A stretch of DNA of 64,000 bases, from NCBI GenBank assembly GCA_000002435.2, contig CM018792.1; one strand, written 5' to 3'. Below are positions 57,556-64,000 of this stretch, piece by piece. Positions within the stretch are counted from its first letter, which is position 1, and every line of letters begins with the position of its first letter. Made by a program: the position numbers and the translations under genes. The notes beneath the pieces are model-generated. The model made no database searches. It was not told where the DNA came from and saw only the letters and a program-made list of their open reading frames with translations. The stretch comes from Giardia intestinalis (Eukaryota).

Positions 57556-60500
57556 ATGCAGTCATCAAACTACACAGAGCCAAACATAGACAGTTGTGAT
57601 GAGGTCTCTATGGAGGGTGACGATAGCACTACCGAATATGTTTCGTATCGCGACGAAGAGACTTTACAAGAGTCGCGCTTTAGCACAGAGGGATATGAAG
57701 TCAGTCCCAGCCGCCAGCAGCCAGAGAGTTTATTGACATCCTTGTGCCCATATAGTGCAGCTGCGCTCGATATCTCTGGAAGCTGCGCAACCCACTCGGT
57801 AACAAACACATATCTGGACGCGCCCATGACCTCGATTCTCGAAAAACTGCAGCAAGTATCTCATGAATATTCTATACCAGAGCTACCCTTACTACTAGAT
57901 GCATATACTATGCACATTCTCGCAGAAGATAGAAGCTCTGGCTCTTATTCGGAACTCAGAGCTCTGCAGGAGGAAAACGAGGCGCTTAAACGGCAGCTTG
58001 AGGCACCATTCAATTCGCGACATACTGAAGAATTAGCACTTATAGTTGCCTTTAAGCAGGTGATGGAAGAGAAGGATAATGAGATAAGTGCCTTGAAGTT
58101 GAGACTTAGCGAGTTAAGTAGCCAGGCTATTAGCTCAAACGGTTGTGCTCCAAGTGCAGTGAAGGAGGATCCTTCTATTACTTCTGTTAACTATATCTCT
58201 CCGCCGGGTTTACTAGCAGACGAGCAGAGCTCAGCGGTGTTGCTGAGCGCCCTTGAACAACTGGCTTTTGTGCAATCTGATATCATTGGGTGGATGGATT
58301 CCATTCCGCAGCAATTTGCAGACACAGTAGCTGACCCTCTTAAGTCAAGCGTTGAGGCATTGCTCCATAGTTTGAATCTGTCATGTGAAGGCACCAATTC
58401 CATGATGGGTCTAATCGCCCTTTTGCTCGACACTGTTTCGCAGAAGCCACAAGGCGTAACTATGGAAGAAATAGCGCATGGATTTGAGCAGTATATTAGC
58501 GCGTCCAGAGCCCTGACGCAACATCTTCGGGTGTTCACGAACGTCTCAAATGCATCCTCGCCTATTCCAACGAATGCTGATGTAGAAAGGGAGATGGACG
58601 AGGCCAAGCACCTTAAAAAGATGGCAATTATGGCACTAGTAGAAGCGCAGAATGCTAGGAAGGCCATTGAGGATAAACAAAAGGAGTTGGCCACAAAGGA
58701 AGAAGAGCTCGAGGCTGCCCACGCATCTGCGTCTGCACTGCTCCAGGCCGCACAGTTAAAGCAGCCTTCTGAGATGCCGTTACCAACACCACCACTAGAA
58801 CAGACAGCGGCAAGTGACAGAGAAAATTGCAAGACGCCTACTGAGGATAACTGGGTAGAAAAAGCTGCTGAGGGTTCACTGACTGAATCTGAACAGTATT
58901 CTGGCTACCTCAAAGACATGGATGTCATTCTGGACTTGATACTCTGTATTCGAGATGCACTTTTCTCAGATAATGCTGTGCAGGCCCGGCTATCCGAAGC
59001 TTCTATTGTAGACCAATCTTACTCTAAAGATCCTCTGCAGCAATCTATTGATTCTGCATCAGCCATGCTCCTGTCTATTTTTAAGGCCCTTACTTCCGAT
59101 ATACCTGACCAACGCTCTACGCAAAGCAGCAGTGCCTCTGAGATAGATGAGGAGTGCATGCAGTCACTTGGAAAGAGGCCTACAATGGCGTCCGAAATGA
59201 TCTCAACTATCTCTAAGGTTTCTCAACAAAACCTAGAGGTTGCCGTGCCTTACACATGCGCCGCTAAGCCTGAGACAGTTAGCGAAGAGCTAGACGAGGT
59301 TATTCTATTGAAGAAGGAGCTTCTATCACGTAACGAGGTTATCCAATTAATGATACAAAAGCTTGAACAAAAGGACAGAGATATTAGTCGACTAACGCAG
59401 CAACTAACAGCCTCTGCTGATGGGCTAACACGGAGTCTCAGTGTTGAGCGCTTTGGGGAGCCCATTTCGCTAGAACCCAACAAAAGCACTGATGACTTAA
59501 TCAATGAATTTACTCTTGCCACAGACACGGCCTCTACCAGTTCTACACTAGTGAAACTACGGTTTGATGTGACGGCCAAGCTATCTATGATGGAAAAGCT
59601 GATGAATTCTCAGGGTATAACGGATAAGGGCTCTCTATTTTCACTGGTTAACCACTATCTGAGTCTAATAGAGGCGTCTGATAACCCTCAGTATGCTCTT
59701 CCTATAGATGGTGGGCTAGATAAAGCCACTGAAAAGCAGCCTCTTGACAATTTTGTGTGCTGGACTGAAGTTGAATCTCCAGTGGCTTCTATTCCAACAA
59801 ACTTCAGGGCCGCGCTGGGTCCAGCAAATGAGCATACCATTGATGAAGTAGGATATGCAGCCCTTAACTCCAGAGTTGGGAAGATGCACGAATGGCACAT
59901 TCCTATCCGCTGTGACAAAGGTACAGACCCTGACGGAGACTTTGTCGATGCCGATACACCAATCTCTACAAACCCCACTGTGGACTGGCAAACACATCAG
60001 AAGCAGCTTAGCGATTTGAAAGAACAAATTGCTCTACTCCAAGGAAAGGTTGACTCTGCAAACGAACGGGCCCATCAGGCAGAGCTTAAACTAGAGAGCG
60101 ATTCTCGATTTGTTGACACAGCCACATCTGATCTTATATCTTCCTCCATTGACAATTATAAGAGAGAAATTGAACAGAAAAATGCACGAATACATTACCT
60201 TCAAGCAGCATTGGCTGAATTTACGAGCAAAGAGACTAACAAGACACCCAATCCTGACAGTGGACTACTAGTACAACTAGAAACGATGAAGCAGCTCTTG
60301 GCAACGCAAACAGCGGATTTGAAGAAAGCAAATACAATGTTGGAGATGGAGCAAGAGAAGGCAGCGGACTTATCTGCTAAATTGGTTGCAGCCGAGTTAC
60401 TATCCAGTGAAAAGGAGGACGAATTGGCTAAACACAGATTAAATGAAGATAAATTATTAACGAAGCTTCACGAAAGTGAGGAGCGTGAACTGCTCATTGA

Positions 60501-62385
60501 GAAGCAGACAGCTGAGATAGCTGACCAACGAACAGACCTTTGTGAGCAGACTCGTGAAGTGCAACGTCTGAAGCTTTTGCTATTAGATAGAGACAGTCAA
60601 ATTCAGCGGGTAAGAGATATCAACGAACGACTTGCCGAGAATATTGCTGCTTTAAGAATAGATTTGGAACAGCAGAGACACCTTGGTGGGCCGCAGACGT
60701 CCGAGTCAAGACTCGACTCTTCATACAGGTTGACCTCACAAATCGAAGACTTGAAGCTTGATATTCAGAGGGTTCAAATGGAGCTTACCAGAATGGATAG
60801 AAGCACACAAAACGGTGCCCTGCCTGGGGAGTCTAACGATGATTCTTGGAACAGTGACTTTGTCTCTCGTGAACAGCTGATACAGATGTTAGTTGAGCGT
60901 GATATGAAGATTGCCGCAATATTAGAGGAAAAGGCATCTCAAGAAACACCCAATACCATAGAGCCATCCGACGTGCAGATCAATAAACCAAAAATACGTT
61001 CTCGCCCCCAAAGCTCCAAACGCCCGCTCCAAAACACTCAATTGTCCCAGACCCTGAAGCAGCGGCCTGTATCCTCAAGTTCAACTGCTAATCTATCTCT
61101 AACACAACACGGTAAAAAGGATGCAACAATTAATTCATTAAAGCACCAGCTAATAGCAGCAGAGAAGTCTATTTTTTCTCTAAAGCAGGAGCTGACATCT
61201 GTGAACACCAAGCTTTCACAGGCAAAGGCAGCAGAAATAGCTCTCAAGAAGCTGTTGCATGAAAAGCAGAAGGAAATAGAGGACTTGAAGATTCAGAATA
61301 CAACATTAACTCAAAGGTTGGATAAATGTGACAGGAAAGTAGCTGCTCTGGAAAGCGATAAGTGTGATTTAATGGCGAGGTTAGTCAACGCTACTGACAA
61401 CAGCGATAGCTCACCCCAGGCGCGCCTTCAAAAGCTTCTGAATTCTACGCTCAATAGCAAGGAGGAGCACTTCAGAAGTGAAGGAGGCACGGCGGGGACA
61501 GAAGCGACTGACACTACGCGCCGTGCTAAGATTGGATTCACCCCGCTGATGCACGCGATAACAACGGGCAATCCCGATGAAGTGACGTCTAATCTGGCTT
61601 ATGCCGGATACCATACAACTAACGGAACGACTGCACTAATGTTAGCAGTTGAGTATAATAACGTACAGGCCATTAAGCTATTGTCTCGGATAGAAGCACG
61701 GATGACTCGGGAAGCAGGGGAAACTGCACTTGCAATCGCTCTGGCTAAGGGTAACCTCGCAGCCGCTAAGCTCCTCACGGAAACAGAAGGTTTAAACACA
61801 AGTCACATCAGTCGAACAGGAGGAACAATAACTGAGCTCATGAAGGCGGCGGCAGATAATAATCTCGTCGCAACGTGGTGTTATCTCCCTATTCAGGGAG
61901 GTCTGCATGATCAAGATGGATGTACGGCCCTTATGCATGCTGCAAAAAAGGGAAGCGTAGGAGCTGCACGGTTACTTTGTGATAAGGAGGCAAGAGCACA
62001 GTCAAAACAAGGAGAGACTGCACTGATGTTTGCTGCGATTAACGGGTATACGGAACTGGTTAGAATGCTAAAGGACAGAGAGTGGGGGATGTATAATATT
62101 CACGGAACTACTGCGCTAATGTTCGCGGCACAGTATAATAGGCCACAAATTGTTTCTCTACTCATTGATAAAGAGGCAAGGATGCTAACAAAACGCATTC
62201 ATGAGCACGGCGCCGGGTTCTGTGCCCTAATGGCAGCGAGTCATTACGGAAACATAGAGTGCGCGAAGCTCTTGCTGCCGAAAGAAGCGGATATGAAGCA
62301 GCCAAACGGCAAGACTGCGCTGTCGTATGCCCAAAGTGATGAAATGTGGAACCTGATTAAACATTATAGAAAAGCCCAGATTTGA
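57556..62385 (+). CDS. Long coiled-coil protein with C-terminal ankyrin repeats (21.1-like), ~1609 aa
   Basis: Trimmed from a TTG start to the ATG (MQSSNYTEP...). About 1200 aa of heptad-rich sequence, then 6 or more ankyrin repeats (TALMLAVEYNNVQAIKLL...). Confidence 0.82.
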   Translation: MQSSNYTEPNIDSCDEVSMEGDDSTTEYVSYRDEETLQESRFSTEGYEVSPSRQQPESLLTSLCPYSAAALDISGSCATHSVTNTYLDAPMTSILEKLQQVSHEYSIPELPLLLDAYTMHILAEDRSSGSYSELRALQEENEALKRQLEAPFNSRHTEELALIVAFKQVMEEKDNEISALKLRLSELSSQAISSNGCAPSAVKEDPSITSVNYISPPGLLADEQSSAVLLSALEQLAFVQSDIIGWMDSIPQQFADTVADPLKSSVEALLHSLNLSCEGTNSMMGLIALLLDTVSQKPQGVTMEEIAHGFEQYISASRALTQHLRVFTNVSNASSPIPTNADVEREMDEAKHLKKMAIMALVEAQNARKAIEDKQKELATKEEELEAAHASASALLQAAQLKQPSEMPLPTPPLEQTAASDRENCKTPTEDNWVEKAAEGSLTESEQYSGYLKDMDVILDLILCIRDALFSDNAVQARLSEASIVDQSYSKDPLQQSIDSASAMLLSIFKALTSDIPDQRSTQSSSASEIDEECMQSLGKRPTMASEMISTISKVSQQNLEVAVPYTCAAKPETVSEELDEVILLKKELLSRNEVIQLMIQKLEQKDRDISRLTQQLTASADGLTRSLSVERFGEPISLEPNKSTDDLINEFTLATDTASTSSTLVKLRFDVTAKLSMMEKLMNSQGITDKGSLFSLVNHYLSLIEASDNPQYALPIDGGLDKATEKQPLDNFVCWTEVESPVASIPTNFRAALGPANEHTIDEVGYAALNSRVGKMHEWHIPIRCDKGTDPDGDFVDADTPISTNPTVDWQTHQKQLSDLKEQIALLQGKVDSANERAHQAELKLESDSRFVDTATSDLISSSIDNYKREIEQKNARIHYLQAALAEFTSKETNKTPNPDSGLLVQLETMKQLLATQTADLKKANTMLEMEQEKAADLSAKLVAAELLSSEKEDELAKHRLNEDKLLTKLHESEERELLIEKQTAEIADQRTDLCEQTREVQRLKLLLLDRDSQIQRVRDINERLAENIAALRIDLEQQRHLGGPQTSESRLDSSYRLTSQIEDLKLDIQRVQMELTRMDRSTQNGALPGESNDDSWNSDFVSREQLIQMLVERDMKIAAILEEKASQETPNTIEPSDVQINKPKIRSRPQSSKRPLQNTQLSQTLKQRPVSSSSTANLSLTQHGKKDATINSLKHQLIAAEKSIFSLKQELTSVNTKLSQAKAAEIALKKLLHEKQKEIEDLKIQNTTLTQRLDKCDRKVAALESDKCDLMARLVNATDNSDSSPQARLQKLLNSTLNSKEEHFRSEGGTAGTEATDTTRRAKIGFTPLMHAITTGNPDEVTSNLAYAGYHTTNGTTALMLAVEYNNVQAIKLLSRIEARMTREAGETALAIALAKGNLAAAKLLTETEGLNTSHISRTGGTITELMKAAADNNLVATWCYLPIQGGLHDQDGCTALMHAAKKGSVGAARLLCDKEARAQSKQGETALMFAAINGYTELVRMLKDREWGMYNIHGTTALMFAAQYNRPQIVSLLIDKEARMLTKRIHEHGAGFCALMAASHYGNIECAKLLLPKEADMKQPNGKTALSYAQSDEMWNLIKHYRKAQI

Positions 62386-62408
62386 AAGCTTGGTCTACAA
62401 TCAATGCT

Positions 62409-63653
62409 TTAGTAGGCTTTATTGATATTGTCAACTAAATCTTTGCTGTAATTGGCCGTTAATTCTGACAGCATTGTAGGGAAAAATTTAATCGATGTAT
62501 TATCAACTTTTAATGCTTCTGTCACGATGCTTGCTCCGTCATGCTCCTTGTTTCTTCGCCTCCATGAGACAAAAGAGTCAAGGCCAGTAACATTCTTTTG
62601 AATGTCACAATTCTTTTCCAGGGGCGCTATGTCCCTCTTTGTAATTACCTCACCCATAGCAAGCTCATCATATACCTGTATTTTATCTACTGAGCCCACT
62701 ATTTGGTGTGTCTCTCCATATGAATCCTTTTTCCGCGGTATTGCACTATTAACTGCAAACTCATGATCAATAAGCGTGCTTGCAGGTTGACGCACAAAGG
62801 ATAATCCAGTGTAAAGACTCTTGCTATTTGGATACTCTTCTAAATCTAGCCCGGCCAAATTGGTCAAAGGAGTGCACGTCGTGGTGGGTGCGTTGTTGAA
62901 CTTGTGTTCAGCGGTAACCACTGACTTGAGTGACCTAATTATTGGCCTTGCAGATCCATGGGCAACATACTTACTAAAAGGTAATAGCCTCTTCGTGGAT
63001 TCCTGAGTCATTTTGCTAGGAAAATATGCATCAGGCGATGTGCACGAGTCATTTTGTGAAGAAGGACTTTCACGTAACTTGGTCAGAAGTCGTGAAAATG
63101 GTGCTTTTCGAGTTTTAGGCCCATTTGGAGAGTCGAAGCCAGTCTCGTCAAGTACTTCTAGGGTCTTTTTTACCTCTTTATCAATAGAATCGTTTATTGC
63201 GGCTGCAGCAGCTGCTAGGGACTTCTTTTCAGCAGTGAGATAATCGCTGGGCGCTAAGCTGCCCTTTAATCTTATTAAAAGCGACGGCTTTAGAGCAGGA
63301 ACAGAAAGAGAAGTATCTGCCGAGGCCGACTGCTCAATGGTGAATTGTGTGGTGTCAGATACTCTTCGCTGTCTAATAGCGTTTTCTAAGCCTTTGGTCG
63401 GAGCCTTATTTTCAATAAAGGGCTTGCAGGGGCCTTTCTGTCGCAGCATAGCTACACTCTTCTTCCACTCTGCTGGCGGTTCTTGCGGGTTTAGCAAACG
63501 AAGGATGTCTGTCGAAAGGTCTGCGGACATCTGGGATATCTCGGATTGTATTGGAGGCGCGCTTGGTGATGCTGCTTTAGGGGATGCAAGAGAGCTTTTC
63601 AGTTTCCTTCCTACCGTTCTAAGAAGCTGTAGTGTCACAGGAGGAGACTCCAT
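62409..63653 (-). CDS. Hypothetical Ser/Pro/Lys-rich protein, 414 aa
   Basis: ATG start. Convergent with the previous gene, 23 bp apart. Confidence 0.65.
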   Translation of the reverse strand: MESPPVTLQLLRTVGRKLKSSLASPKAASPSAPPIQSEISQMSADLSTDILRLLNPQEPPAEWKKSVAMLRQKGPCKPFIENKAPTKGLENAIRQRRVSDTTQFTIEQSASADTSLSVPALKPSLLIRLKGSLAPSDYLTAEKKSLAAAAAAINDSIDKEVKKTLEVLDETGFDSPNGPKTRKAPFSRLLTKLRESPSSQNDSCTSPDAYFPSKMTQESTKRLLPFSKYVAHGSARPIIRSLKSVVTAEHKFNNAPTTTCTPLTNLAGLDLEEYPNSKSLYTGLSFVRQPASTLIDHEFAVNSAIPRKKDSYGETHQIVGSVDKIQVYDELAMGEVITKRDIAPLEKNCDIQKNVTGLDSFVSWRRRNKEHDGASIVTEALKVDNTSIKFFPTMLSELTANYSKDLVDNINKAY

Positions 63654-63830
63654 AGAGTCTGGAGGAAAGGAAATGCCGCGTGTTTTTTACCAATCTCGCG
63701 GAGAAGGAAGTGGTAGATCAGCAATAGTTATTCACTTTATGCACCACATGATTGACTTCTAATCTTCTTCAAGCGTGCCAAGCAAGAAGAAATAAGCATA
63801 ATGTGCCGCAAAATGCAGGATACAGGCTAT

Positions 63831-64000
63831 TCTGGAATTATATCTGTATGGATCATCAGATAACCATTGAGTTCCTGCATAGCACAGGTGAACTGCTCAT
63901 CAACGTTCTGGTTATCTCCTAATGGATCCACCTTTGCTTCTGGGGCAGGAAGAGAATCCGAAGATATCACTTTGGGGGCATCCTCCTTATCGAGTGCGGG
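63831..64000 (-). CDS. C-terminal 56 codons of an unidentified gene whose start lies beyond the window end (...FTCAMQELNGYLMIHTDIIPE*)
   Basis: Open frame from the window edge to the TAG at 63828-63830. Weak on its own. Confidence 0.3.

Noticed and set aside
1-64000. CRISPR arrays, rRNA genes, additional tRNAs, LTR/TIR-bounded transposons elsewhere
   Set aside because: I saw no spaced direct-repeat arrays, no rRNA motifs and no second cloverleaf when scanning the intergenic regions. Apart from the island and its relic, no other long repeats were evident by eye. A systematic dot-plot could still reveal shorter ones.

Overview
This window reads as a compact, intron-poor protist genome. The gene content matches a Giardia-like diplomonad: cysteine-rich CXXC/EGF-like membrane proteins, NEK and CMGC kinases, ankyrin-repeat (21.1-like) proteins, and AT-rich intergenic spacers of 20-200 bp. 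The flanking DNA is roughly 45-50% GC by eye.

I call about 35 protein genes. The confident ones are CysRS, DRG GTPase, EB1, RPL32e, RPL34e, L7Ae/Snu13, NDK, RFC1, XPB helicase, SPX-EXS, a PDI, an amino-acid transporter, a sedlin-like protein, a macro-domain protein and a PsiE-like membrane protein. The rest are large hypothetical proteins. There is one tRNA-Cys(GCA), sitting 26 bp upstream of the CysRS gene on the same strand.

The most unusual feature is a 4.17-kb block at 741-4914. It is about 73% GC, against about 47% in the flanks. Exact 10-bp direct repeats (GCAGATCAAG) sit at 731-740 and 4915-4924, so it looks like an insertion. The block carries two tandem minus-strand ORFs of 772 and 524 aa. 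Their third-codon-position GC is above 90%, their composition is Ala/Arg/Gly/Pro-rich, and I recognise no domain in either. The insertion splits a small ORF for a secreted cysteine-containing protein, and the reading frame is preserved across the duplicated 10-mer. A 104-bp relic of the element's coding sequence, 93% identical, lies in an intergenic spacer at 45265-45368. Together these point to a mobile or foreign element whose class I cannot assign from sequence alone.

The ORF track uses GTG/TTG as well as ATG starts. I moved gene starts to the first in-frame ATG where the track began at GTG or TTG.
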